Source of the DNA: a virus
Taxonomy: Duplodnaviria; Caudoviricetes
IMG/VR virus record: IMGVR_UViG_3300020591_000140
Location: 1-39,588 of that record
Reading direction: 5' to 3' (one strand)
Length of the DNA stretch: 39,588 nt
The translations under genes were made by a program, and so were the position numbers. The stretch's first letter is position 1. Each line of letters opens with the position of its first letter. Shown here one piece after another: positions 15,853-24,406 of the stretch. The notes beneath the pieces were generated by a model. That model was not told where the DNA came from and made no database searches. It was given only the letters and a program-made list of their open reading frames with translations.

Positions 15853-16625
15853 ACAAGCCCAAGCCCATTCTGTTCTCCGCACCGATGGTGCGTGCGAACA
15901 TCCGCGAAGTGCAGCATCCCGGCACCGGCAAGACGCAGACGCGGCACCTGGCGAAGTGGCAGCACGTCGAGCCCGGAATCAATCTCGGCTTCAGCGGGCT
16001 GAGTGCAACGCGTCTACGTACGAACGACACGCCGGATGGCGTGTGGACGCTGACTTCGCGTGGGCGCGGCGGATGCTGGAACGAGCGCGCGCGCCTTCGC
16101 ACCTTCGCCGTTGGCGACGTGCTGTGGGTGCGGGAGACGTGGATGGTATGCGGCGACGGTGTATGGACGATTGCCGACGCAAGAATGCGAATGGCACCTC
16201 ACCAACGCACAATCTACGCTGCTGACGCTACAGGTGCCGATGCCAGCGGACCTTGGTGGCCGTCCATCCATATGCCCCGCGAGTTCTCCCGCCTCACGCT
16301 CGAAGTGATCGGCGTCAAGGTCGAGCGCCTGCAGGACATCTCAGAAGAGGATTGTCTCGCTGAAGGGATATACGGTCACCACAGTGAAGAACTAGGATGC
16401 ACGCTCTATTCGTATGACACGCCGGGGCATGTGGGGTTTGGCTGCCGGACGTCCATCACGGTACGCCCAGCCGGGTGGTCTGCGCCCCGCCACGCATTCC
16501 TAAATCTCTGGGACAAAGTGAACGGCGCCGGCGCATGGGACGCAAACCCGTGGGTGGTCGCCGTCACCTATCGCCCGCACCTAATGAACGTCGACGCCTT
16601 CCTCGCACAGCGGAGCACAGCATGA
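15849..16625 (+). CDS. ASCH/PUA-like phage protein
   Basis: PILFSAPMVRA...GKTQTR, GDVLWVRETW, WPSIHMPR..SRLTLEV..VKVERLQDISEED..AEG, WDANPWV. Confidence 0.85.
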   Translation: MNKPKPILFSAPMVRANIREVQHPGTGKTQTRHLAKWQHVEPGINLGFSGLSATRLRTNDTPDGVWTLTSRGRGGCWNERARLRTFAVGDVLWVRETWMVCGDGVWTIADARMRMAPHQRTIYAADATGADASGPWWPSIHMPREFSRLTLEVIGVKVERLQDISEEDCLAEGIYGHHSEELGCTLYSYDTPGHVGFGCRTSITVRPAGWSAPRHAFLNLWDKVNGAGAWDANPWVVAVTYRPHLMNVDAFLAQRSTA

Positions 16626-16897
16626 CCAAACGCGACGCCAACATCGACGAGCTGCTGACGCTGGACGAGCGGCGGCTCGAGCTGATGACCGTCCGGCACA
16701 ACCTCGACAGGGCGCTCTACATCGACGTGCTCGTGTGGGGGTTCTCGCACCGCATCTATCGCTCCGATGCGGAGAAGGTGTTCGCCGACATCGACACCGC
16801 GGCACAGCGGGAGCTGAGCGAGATCGAGGAGAAGTTCCGCACCTTGGGCGTCACGCCATCGGAGTGGACGCCGCCGCCGGGGGACGCCGAGCAATGA
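16622..16897 (+). CDS. Hypothetical phage protein
   Basis: GGAG RBS, ATGA coupling. Confidence 0.7.
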   Translation: MTKRDANIDELLTLDERRLELMTVRHNLDRALYIDVLVWGFSHRIYRSDAEKVFADIDTAAQRELSEIEEKFRTLGVTPSEWTPPPGDAEQ

Positions 16898-16944
16898 CCG
16901 TCCGCATCATCAACGCCAAACCGCAGGGGGATCTGTTCGCATGA
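16894..16944 (+). CDS. 16-aa minigene MTVRIINAKPQGDLFA
   Basis: ATGA overlaps at both ends fill the gap between neighbours exactly. Confidence 0.45.
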   Translation: MTVRIINAKPQGDLFA

Positions 16945-17336
16945 CAATGGTCAATCTTACGCCGCAAGAAATGACGGCAGTTCTCGGCATCCGCGCCGTG
17001 ATGAACCTTTCCCACAAAACGGCGAACGATGCCGGATGGTATCGCGACCCACATACCGGCCAACCGATCGATCGCAACTTCGGCGAGGTCGTCGCGCTGA
17101 TGCACTCTGAACTCTCAGAGGCACTGGAGGCGCACCGCAAGAACCTCATGGACGACAAGCTCCCGCACCGGCACGGAATCGAGGTCGAGCTCGCAGACTG
17201 CATCATCCGCATTTGCGACACGGCCGCTGCGCTCGGGCTCGATCTGGCCGGCGCCATCATCGAGAAGAACCGCTTCAACAGAGTGCGCGCCGATCACAAG
17301 CTGGAAGCGCGCGCGGCCGGCGGCAAGAGGTATTGA
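16941..17336 (+). CDS. MazG-like nucleotide pyrophosphohydrolase
   Basis: ALMHSELSEALEAHRK...EVELADCIIRICD...EKNRFN..R. Confidence 0.88.
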   Translation: MTMVNLTPQEMTAVLGIRAVMNLSHKTANDAGWYRDPHTGQPIDRNFGEVVALMHSELSEALEAHRKNLMDDKLPHRHGIEVELADCIIRICDTAAALGLDLAGAIIEKNRFNRVRADHKLEARAAGGKRY

Positions 17337-17339
17337 GGC

Positions 17340-17651
17340 ATGAGCACGGCGCCGGTCGTCTCGGAACAAACCATCGGTGACCTGCGCACCTCCGGTCAGC
17401 GCCTGCACATTCTCTGCCGCGGCTGCGGCGGGGAGCGCGAATACCGCCTCGACCGGCGGCCGTTCGACCGCGTGTCCGACACCGCGGCGCTCAGCGCGGT
17501 GCGTGCGCGCCTCGCCTGCACGCAATGTGGCGAGCGGCAGAAGATCTGGCTGGCCGCCGAGTACGCCGATGCAGACGCCGCCGCACGCCGCGAATGGGGC
17601 TGGACGCAGGAAGAGATTGAAGCAGCGGCAAAAACGATGGGGGTGAACTGA
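17340..17651 (+). CDS. Zinc-ribbon protein
   Basis: CRGC and CTQCG pairs; GAGG RBS. Confidence 0.75.
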   Translation: MSTAPVVSEQTIGDLRTSGQRLHILCRGCGGEREYRLDRRPFDRVSDTAALSAVRARLACTQCGERQKIWLAAEYADADAAARREWGWTQEEIEAAAKTMGVN

Positions 17652-17950
17652 TGCCAAAACCGCCGAGACAGGTCATCGATGATTTTCGCCGCGCCAACCA
17701 AGAACAACGCGACGAGCCGCAGTGGCTGGTATCGCAGCACGCACGGCAATACCGGCCCGGCGATGACGCGCTGCCAGGTGTGCGCGCGGATGCTTCCGTC
17801 GAGGCATACCGCATGATCGAGATGCTGACGCGCGCCTCCGAGATCACGCCGGAGGGGCAAATCGTCGTTTCGCGCTGGGCCGTACACCGCATTGCGCTGC
17901 GCATCGCCGAGATCGCCGAGACAGGCGAGGCCGCTTTCGAGGGGATGTGA
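17651..17950 (+). CDS. Hypothetical phage protein
   Basis: TGATG coupling. Confidence 0.65.
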   Translation: MPKPPRQVIDDFRRANQEQRDEPQWLVSQHARQYRPGDDALPGVRADASVEAYRMIEMLTRASEITPEGQIVVSRWAVHRIALRIAEIAETGEAAFEGM

Positions 17951-17951
17951 A

Positions 17952-18251
17952 ATGGCGGAGATGGACTACGCGCAGGAGCAAAGCATGTGGCGTGCCATCG
18001 GCTCGTGCGAGCGCGCCTGTGATGACATGGACGATACACTCGAACGCATGCAGCGCGAGATCGAGAGGGTCCGCCGGCGGGACCGGCTGTCGTTTGCCCT
18101 GATGCTCATCGTCGGCTTTCTCATCGGAGGGATGACGATCGGCGCGCGTGCGACGGGAAAGGTGCTCGCGGCGCAGGACAAGGCGCGGTTCTGCATGCCG
18201 GGTCCCTATGGGCTAGATCCGCAACCGCGCGGATGGAGAGGCGGGGTGTGA
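17952..18251 (+). CDS. Hypothetical single-TM protein
   Basis: Start MAEMDY; TM LSFALMLIVGFLIGGMTIGA. Confidence 0.6.
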   Translation: MAEMDYAQEQSMWRAIGSCERACDDMDDTLERMQREIERVRRRDRLSFALMLIVGFLIGGMTIGARATGKVLAAQDKARFCMPGPYGLDPQPRGWRGGV

Positions 18252-18754
18252 TGGCAGTCGATCCAGCGCCGGCGGCCGCCCGCACGGACGCGTGGCAATC
18301 GGGACCGCTGGGGCAGGGGTGGGACTCGTCCTACGCCTACGTCGACCGGATGGCGGACATCCTGATCGAGCATCAGAGCGCGCTGCATCAATTTAGTTGG
18401 TGGACGACCGCGTTCGCCAGCTTCGGGTTCGTGGTGATGTGCTTCGCCGTTTTCGTGCTCGGCGTGCACTGGTGGCAGACGCGCCGCGAGAACAGGCGGC
18501 TGGACGCGCTGGCGGCGGCGTTGTCGACGCTCGCGTTCTCAGAACTGTCACTGGCCGAGATGGACGAGGCACAGAGGCGGTGGCCGGCACTCTACCAGTT
18601 CGCGGCCGAGATCTGCCGTGACAGCCGCGGCCGCGCATTGAAGGAGGCCCAGGCCCGTGCGCGGGCCGAACTCGACGAGTGGTTCGAGGCGCAGCGGGAC
18701 GAGGCCACGGCTTTGTACTGGGATGACGAGGGCATTAGAGCGGGGCAGGCATGA
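18251..18754 (+). CDS. Hypothetical single-TM protein
   Basis: TGATG coupling; TM AFASFGFVVMCFAVFVLGV. Confidence 0.6.
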   Translation: MAVDPAPAAARTDAWQSGPLGQGWDSSYAYVDRMADILIEHQSALHQFSWWTTAFASFGFVVMCFAVFVLGVHWWQTRRENRRLDALAAALSTLAFSELSLAEMDEAQRRWPALYQFAAEICRDSRGRALKEAQARARAELDEWFEAQRDEATALYWDDEGIRAGQA

Positions 18755-19320
18755 CGGCAGCATATCCATTGCAATGGCCCGAGACGTTCCCGCGCGCAAC
18801 GGCCCGTGAAAAAGGACAATTCCGCACCTCTCTAGCCGGCGCGTTGAAAAACGTGCAGCAGTCGCTCACGGCGTTTTCCCGCGACAGCGGCAAGAGGATA
18901 GAGCAGCTGGTCATTTCATCGAACGTCACGCTTGGAGCCGAGAAGCCAGCCGACCCGGGCGTTGCCATCTGGTTCGTTTGGGATGGTCTGCCGGTCTGCA
19001 TCCCGGTGGACCGTTACGCGGACGTGGAGGCGAACCTGCAGGCGATCCACCACGTGATCGAAGCGCGCCGTACCGAATTGCGCCACGGCACGTTGGCGCT
19101 CGTGCGCGCAGCAATGACCGGCTTCACGGCGCTGCCGCCGCCGCGCTCTTGCTGGGACATCCTGGGGCTCAAGCCGGGCGCAAGCGCAGAAGCGGTTCAG
19201 GCGGCGTGGAAGCAAAAGGCGCGTGCGGCCCACCCCGACACGGGCGGCTCTACGGCGGACATGGCTGAGCTCAACTGGGCCCGTGATGAGGCGCTGAAAG
19301 CGGCCGCGGAGAGACGGTGA
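18751..19320 (+). CDS. Phage J-domain (DnaJ-like) protein
   Basis: AYPLQWP...DPGVAIWF...DRY..VEANLQAI; C-terminal WDILGL...HPDTGGS..MAELN. Confidence 0.9.
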   Translation: MTAAYPLQWPETFPRATAREKGQFRTSLAGALKNVQQSLTAFSRDSGKRIEQLVISSNVTLGAEKPADPGVAIWFVWDGLPVCIPVDRYADVEANLQAIHHVIEARRTELRHGTLALVRAAMTGFTALPPPRSCWDILGLKPGASAEAVQAAWKQKARAAHPDTGGSTADMAELNWARDEALKAAAERR

Positions 19321-19688
19321 TGGTGCCTCTCGCCTGGCTGGCAGTGCTGCTGACCGTTACGGCCGCGGACGTCCGCGTCGTCGACGGCGATACCATCGCC
19401 GCCCACGGGGAGAACTGGCGGCTGTCCGGGTACGATACACCCGAGACGCTGTTCGCCCGCTGCGCGCGCGAGCGCATCCTGGGGCACGCCGCCACGCTTC
19501 GGCTGCGGGCGCTGATCGACGGCGCCGGGCACATCGAGATCGTCGCCCGATCGGGGCGGGACCGCTACCGGCGGCGCCTGGGCGTGCTGCTGCTCGACGG
19601 CGCGGACGTTGCCGACACCATGATCGAGGAGGGGCTGGCGCGCCGCTACCGGGGCGGGCGGCGGCAGGGGTGGTGCGGGGAGAGGTGA
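19317..19688 (+). CDS. Thermonuclease (SNase-like), possible signal peptide
   Basis: VVDGDTI...RLSGYDTPE...DRYRRRLG...MIEEGLA...WC. Confidence 0.9.
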   Translation: MMVPLAWLAVLLTVTAADVRVVDGDTIAAHGENWRLSGYDTPETLFARCARERILGHAATLRLRALIDGAGHIEIVARSGRDRYRRRLGVLLLDGADVADTMIEEGLARRYRGGRRQGWCGER

Positions 19689-19912
19689 GCACGGTGACAC
19701 AGGAATCCGTTCTGGCCGTGGTTGGCGTCGGCAGCTTTATCGCTAGCGGGGTGTGCTTGTGGATCGCGAAGCGGGCTGAAGTTCGCGCGGAACGGTTGCT
19801 GCGCGAAAACCGGCTGACAAACCACGAGTTTGCTGAGGCGATCGAACTATGGATGTACGGCGCGCACGAGGAAGCGGCGGCATATCTCCGCCGCTGGGTG
19901 GAACGAATATGA
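19685..19912 (+). CDS. Small TM protein
   Basis: GTGA coupling; N-terminal hydrophobic segment. Confidence 0.55.
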   Translation: MSTVTQESVLAVVGVGSFIASGVCLWIAKRAEVRAERLLRENRLTNHEFAEAIELWMYGAHEEAAAYLRRWVERI

Positions 19913-20145
19913 CCGACACAATCTCGAAGCAGCGGCTAGCGAAAATCCTCGAGTACGCGACCGAGGGTGACCCAGACTATTGGTACGGCGTCGTGGAGCC
20001 CTTCGCCGGGTCGCTGTGGCCGGTGCTGTGCGTAACGAAATCGGAAGCCGACAAGATCGCCACTGAACTTGGCGGCAGCGTCGTGATCGTGGCGGCGCGC
20101 ATCCTTCAAGACGAGGAAGGCGAGCAGATCGAGCCGGAGAATTGA
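19909..20145 (+). CDS. Hypothetical protein
   Basis: ATGA coupling; last gene of the coupled run. Confidence 0.55.
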   Translation: MTDTISKQRLAKILEYATEGDPDYWYGVVEPFAGSLWPVLCVTKSEADKIATELGGSVVIVAARILQDEEGEQIEPEN

Positions 20146-20189
20146 TGCGGTACTAGTCCGGCCGCGCGGGTGAGCCTACATTCTCCGCC

Positions 20190-20849
20190 ATGTGCAACCT
20201 CTACTCCCAGACGCGGAACGTCGAAGCCATCCGGCGGCTGTTTCGCGTCTCCCATAACCGCGCCGCCGCCTTCGATCCGCTGCCGGCGATCTTCCCCGGC
20301 TATCGCGCCCCCATCGTGCGCCAAGCTGACGACGGCGAGCGCGAGCTCGTCATGCTCAACTGGGGCTTCATGCTCCTGCAAAAGGAGCTCGCACCGCGCC
20401 GCGTCACCAACGTGCGCGACGACAAGATCCTGTCGAGCCCGTTCTGGCGGCCGTCGTTCGAGCAGCGCCGCTGCCTCGTGCCGGCGTCATCCTACTGCGA
20501 GCCGAAGGGCGTGAAGCCCGCAACGTGGCACTGGTTTGCGCTCAAGGGAGAGGAGCAGCGTCCGCTGTTCGCGTTCCCGGGCGTGTGGACGCGCTACCGC
20601 GGGCCGCTGAAGAAAGACGGCGAGCCGGTGGAGCAGGAAGTCTTCGCCTTCATGACGACGGAGCCGAACGCGCTCACGGCCTCCATCAACCACGAGCGCA
20701 TGCCGGTGCTCATCACCGATCCGGCCGACTTCGACACCTGGCTCTCGGCGCCGCCGCAGGAAGCCTTCAGGCTGGCGCGCAGCTACGCCGCTGAGCAGAT
20801 GCATATTGTTCAGTCGGGGGCTAACCGCGAGGATTTGCTGGCGGCTTAA
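20190..20849 (+). CDS. SRAP (YedK/HMCES-like) abasic-site processing protein
   Basis: Cys2 (MCNLY), WG, TNVR, RRCLVPASSYCE, FAFPGVW, TTEPN, H.RMPV. Confidence 0.92.
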   Translation: MCNLYSQTRNVEAIRRLFRVSHNRAAAFDPLPAIFPGYRAPIVRQADDGERELVMLNWGFMLLQKELAPRRVTNVRDDKILSSPFWRPSFEQRRCLVPASSYCEPKGVKPATWHWFALKGEEQRPLFAFPGVWTRYRGPLKKDGEPVEQEVFAFMTTEPNALTASINHERMPVLITDPADFDTWLSAPPQEAFRLARSYAAEQMHIVQSGANREDLLAA

Positions 20850-20880
20850 GTGCGCTCAAGGCGCCCTGCGGGGTGGGCGG

Positions 20881-20910
20881 TTGACGCGAACAAAGCAAGA
20901 ACGATATCAT
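20881..20910 (+). promoter_or_regulatory. Sigma70-type promoter with alphaproteobacterial LexA box
   Basis: TTGACG 20881-20886, TATCAT 20905-20910 (18-bp spacer) enclosing GAAC-AAAGCAA-GAAC 20888-20902. Confidence 0.82.
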
Positions 20911-20941
20911 GCGGCCAGTCAGGCAACGGCCTGGGGGTGCG

Positions 20942-21115
20942 ATGCGATTCTACGAGTTCAAGCGCGAGCGGGAAGTGGCGGTCACGCTGCTGCAGGACGG
21001 CAGCAACTTGCCGGGCGGACTGCTGTGGGAGCCCACATCCGTCGTCGATCCACAGAGCTTGCGTGAGGACGTCGCCGAGGTGGTGGAGAGCGTCGGTTTT
21101 TTCGTGTGGGCGTAA
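20942..21115 (+). CDS. Small hypothetical protein under the LexA-boxed promoter
   Basis: GGGGG RBS, ATG 31 nt after the -10 element; 57 aa. Confidence 0.6.
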   Translation: MRFYEFKREREVAVTLLQDGSNLPGGLLWEPTSVVDPQSLREDVAEVVESVGFFVWA

Positions 21116-21139
21116 CTTACATGATGCGGGCGGCTGGCC

Positions 21140-21400
21140 GTGAGTAAGAGCATTCGGGAGCGCTTCCCTCCGCCATGGAAGGTCGAACATGAATCGTGGG
21201 GATACCGCATTGTGTCCTCCAACGATGCGGTGATGGCTCGGGTCTACGTTTGGGATGACTTTAAACGCAACGGTCTCCGCGGGCTCCATGGCACCGTGGG
21301 CTACGTCGAGCCTGAAGAAGGGTTGGCAATAGCAAATGCCATTGCCGCGCTGCCCGACCTTGTAGCGCAGCGCGAGGCTGACGCCGTAGGAATCAGCTGA
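21140..21400 (+). CDS. Small hypothetical protein
   Basis: RFPPPWKVE...ARVYV...IANAIAALPDL pattern, recalled from rhizobial hypothetical proteins. Confidence 0.7.
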   Translation: MSKSIRERFPPPWKVEHESWGYRIVSSNDAVMARVYVWDDFKRNGLRGLHGTVGYVEPEEGLAIANAIAALPDLVAQREADAVGIS

Positions 21401-21546
21401 GCGGACGGGGCGGCCGTCGCAGGTGAATTGGGTGGCGGTGCTCGGCGAGCCGCAACCACCCCCGCCATCAGTGTTTGTTATGCGGTGTGCGATCCGAACC
21501 AAGAACGATATTCTTGAGCCAGTCAGGCAACGGTCTGGGGAGCCCT

Positions 21547-22845
21547 TCAAGTAGGAAGAAGCCCGGCAACTTTCTCAACCATCCCGGCACTAGAGGTGTC
21601 TAGGTCGCCGCCGATGTCCAGTTGGTAGTGATAGAACTTGGCTCCAGTCGACACCGAGCCGATGTACTCAAGACCACCGGCGCTTCCTTCTCGTGCGGGC
21701 GAAATCCAGACCCCGATCTTGCAGCCTGCCGCTAGCACGTGGCTGAGGACCTGGTAGCGGTCCTTCTCCTCAATCTCCGGCTTATACTTCACCTCGGCCA
21801 GACCAATGACGATCTTCTTTCTGCGGAAGATGAGGTCGGGTTTGGTGATGAAGCGCGTGTTGTCGAGGAAGAGCTTGCCGTAGTGACGGGAATTGTTGCC
21901 GTCCAGGACGGCAATCTTGTCCTCGCGCAACGCTTCTCGGAACACGTTGCGGACGTAGCTTTCAAACACGTCCTCGAGGGCGAACAGAAACGAGGGCATC
22001 TCGCTGCCCTGAGCGTCGTACCCAAAGCCGATCTGGGTGTAACCGAGCAGCATGGCATAGACGGACAGGGCGCCACGGTAGTGCTCGCGTACCCATCGCG
22101 GCGTAGTGTCGGCCAGGCCCTCGTCGCCGAACCGCATCGGACCTGCGGGTACACGGTGCAGGGCGTTCAGCGCTTCCAGGAGGAGCTTGCGCTCGGAAAT
22201 CCAGCTAGGGTCGCGAGGCACCAGGCGAAGGAACGCGAGGCACGCAGACTTGAGGATCGAGTTCACCCGCAGGTTTGACGAAAAGGCGAAGACGTCGCCG
22301 GAGATGGTGAGATCGTCGCCCCGGGAGAGATGCCGCGACACGGTGCGCCCGAACTCCACCCTGGGTTTGTAGAACCCAGTGTAAGGCTGGCGATAGTAGC
22401 CGCGTGCCACACCGAGGTCCATGATGGCGCGGAGATAGTGGCAAAAGCCCCTGGCCAGCAGTTGGTGCGGTGCCGACGCGTTCGCCCGCTCATAGGATCG
22501 CAGCACTGGCAGGACGCGATCGTAGCTCTCGTCAGCGACGGCCAGCATGCGCCAAAGATTGGCGAGTGGGAACCTTGGTCGGAGGTTCAGCACGATCCCA
22601 CTGGTCAGAGGCAGGTAACCGATGAGACCGAGGGTCCGAAGGTTGACGCCGCCAAGGACGTCCTTCAACTCGACTGCGGAAAGCGCCCTGGTCTCCGGAA
22701 GGACGAGAGAATTTCCTTTGCTGTCGAAGAGGTCCTCGCGAGGGAATACGCGGTTTTCGCGCTCCTGGATCTCGACGATGCGCGGACCCGCCAATTCAGG
22801 CTCCCGGCGCCGGTCCTGGCGCTTCTTCGACCGGCCCGGCCTCAT
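21547..22845 (-). CDS. mcrC: McrC-like PD-(D/E)xK restriction nuclease subunit
   Basis: LIGYL..LNLRPRF..NLWRML; FLFALEDVFESYV; KPDLI...AEVKYK...DRYQVLS; directly downstream of McrB. Confidence 0.88.
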   Translation of the reverse strand: MRPGRSKKRQDRRREPELAGPRIVEIQERENRVFPREDLFDSKGNSLVLPETRALSAVELKDVLGGVNLRTLGLIGYLPLTSGIVLNLRPRFPLANLWRMLAVADESYDRVLPVLRSYERANASAPHQLLARGFCHYLRAIMDLGVARGYYRQPYTGFYKPRVEFGRTVSRHLSRGDDLTISGDVFAFSSNLRVNSILKSACLAFLRLVPRDPSWISERKLLLEALNALHRVPAGPMRFGDEGLADTTPRWVREHYRGALSVYAMLLGYTQIGFGYDAQGSEMPSFLFALEDVFESYVRNVFREALREDKIAVLDGNNSRHYGKLFLDNTRFITKPDLIFRRKKIVIGLAEVKYKPEIEEKDRYQVLSHVLAAGCKIGVWISPAREGSAGGLEYIGSVSTGAKFYHYQLDIGGDLDTSSAGMVEKVAGLLPT

Positions 22846-24403
22846 CCTCGTTCTGCGCCGCCGCTAGCAGCGTGTCGATCTGGGCCACTGTCGACTTGAA
22901 GGTGTCGCGGTCGTGCATGAAGGTGCGGTTCAAACCCATCCGTACCCGGCCTGACCAGACGGCCTTGAGGTCGTCGAGTGTGCGAACGCGCAGGAAGTTG
23001 GTGTGTCCGAACCCATTTGGCATCACGTCGTTGATGATCGTGAACATCTGGACGGTACGGTTTACTAGACCGACGCTGACACCCTGCTCCTGAAGGTGGG
23101 CTCGGAGGGTGGCGGCGTCGGGATCCATCTCGATCACCCAGAAGCGGCGCAGCAACGCATCGTCAAGATCGGTGACGGAGCGATCGTAGGGATTCGCGGT
23201 GGCGATGACGATCAAATTCTGCGGCAGGGTGATGTCGTCCTCGGCGTAGGACAGCCGAAACGCCTTCTTCCGATAAGAGGGCTCTAGATAGGTGAGCACT
23301 TCGCCGAAGATGCGGGCCACGTCGCCGCGGTTGAGCTCGTCGATAACGACCACGTAGTCGTTGTCTTTGTCGCCCTGTGCCTTCTCGGCGTGGTTCATAA
23401 ACAGCCGGGAGGCGAGTCGGTAGGTGACACCCACCTCATCGCCGTCCTCATTTTTGACTGCGACGGGACGGAAACCCTGAACGAAGTCGTCGTAGCCCAT
23501 CGCCGGGTGAAACTGCAAGAATAGCACGCGGGATGGGCTCTTGGCGATCTTGGTCGCTAGCTGGCGCGCTTTCCGGGACTTGCCGGTGCCCGGCGGTCCA
23601 GCGAGCAGGAAGGAGTAGCTCTCGTTCAGACGGATCGCGGTGGTGATGGCTAGATAGTCGGCGTCGTCGTCCGGCAATGCTGGTAGGTCATTCTCCTCGT
23701 CGTCCTGCGGTCCGGACGGCGATCCGGTGACGACAGTGGCATGGAGCTTGGGGGCCAGCTGGGCAAGAAACTCTTGGTCGGTTGGGCGAGCAGCGATGGT
23801 TGCCGGCCATGGCGGCGGCGGATCGGAGGCCTTGAAGCGGCCGAGATACTCGGGCTGGAATTGTGCCAGCTTCAACACGTCTTTCACCAGGTAGTCGTAG
23901 AGCTTCTGCCAGCTACCGACCTCATCGGGGAAACCCTTGAAGGCGAACAACCAGACCATAAAGTCTTCGAACCGGAACGTGTCTGGGATTTCCCGCTCGA
24001 ACTCGGGTTGGAAGCCATTGTTGAGCTGGAAGATGGACTTGTCACCATCAATGATGCCACGCTGGGTCATCTCGCGATAGCCGCGGCTCGAAGAGATATT
24101 GCCCCAGTACTTTGTGTCCTGCTGTATGACCCAGTCGTTGGCGTAATTACCGTTCTTCCAGGTTACGTCGTCAAAGCGCGGGCGCAAAAGGTTGCCGCGT
24201 TTCATCGGCGGCAACCCTATGAGCGACCCATTAAAGTACTCGTCGACGAGGCGATCGGTGCCCAAGTTCTTGGACAGATCCGTAACAGTATGGACGTTGA
24301 CATCGTTGGCCGCGAACACGAAAGCCGTGATCAACCAGTTGCCCCGCTTGTCCTGTAAGCGCTCGATAGCGGCCTTTATGGTCGGGATGTCAAAGTATTT
24401 CAC
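22796..24403 (-). CDS. mcrB: McrB-like AAA+ GTPase with unrecognised N-terminal domain
   Basis: GPPGTGKS, QFHPAMGYDDFVQGFRP, VVIDELNRG, IFGE, ANPYDRS (NxxD signature), ALLRRF. Confidence 0.93.
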   Translation of the reverse strand: MKYFDIPTIKAAIERLQDKRGNWLITAFVFAANDVNVHTVTDLSKNLGTDRLVDEYFNGSLIGLPPMKRGNLLRPRFDDVTWKNGNYANDWVIQQDTKYWGNISSSRGYREMTQRGIIDGDKSIFQLNNGFQPEFEREIPDTFRFEDFMVWLFAFKGFPDEVGSWQKLYDYLVKDVLKLAQFQPEYLGRFKASDPPPPWPATIAARPTDQEFLAQLAPKLHATVVTGSPSGPQDDEENDLPALPDDDADYLAITTAIRLNESYSFLLAGPPGTGKSRKARQLATKIAKSPSRVLFLQFHPAMGYDDFVQGFRPVAVKNEDGDEVGVTYRLASRLFMNHAEKAQGDKDNDYVVVIDELNRGDVARIFGEVLTYLEPSYRKKAFRLSYAEDDITLPQNLIVIATANPYDRSVTDLDDALLRRFWVIEMDPDAATLRAHLQEQGVSVGLVNRTVQMFTIINDVMPNGFGHTNFLRVRTLDDLKAVWSGRVRMGLNRTFMHDRDTFKSTVAQIDTLLAAAQNEDEAGPVEEAPGPAPGA

Positions 24404-24406
24404 AGA

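Larger units (their letters stand above)
20896..21540. repeat. 41-bp direct repeat (20896-20936 and 21500-21540), 35/41 identical
   Basis: CAAGAACGATAT...GCCAGTCAGGCAACGGYCTGGGG in both copies. Confidence 0.88.

Noticed and set aside
20896-21540. Imperfect repeats as a DGR template/variable pair
   Set aside because: Too short, mismatches not adenine-specific, no reverse transcriptase in the window
20846-21550. 234-aa minus-strand ORF overlapping the mcrC stop (possible fourth gene of the operon)
   Set aside because: TTG start, unnatural composition, and it lies opposite two ORFs with a clear promoter; not fully excluded
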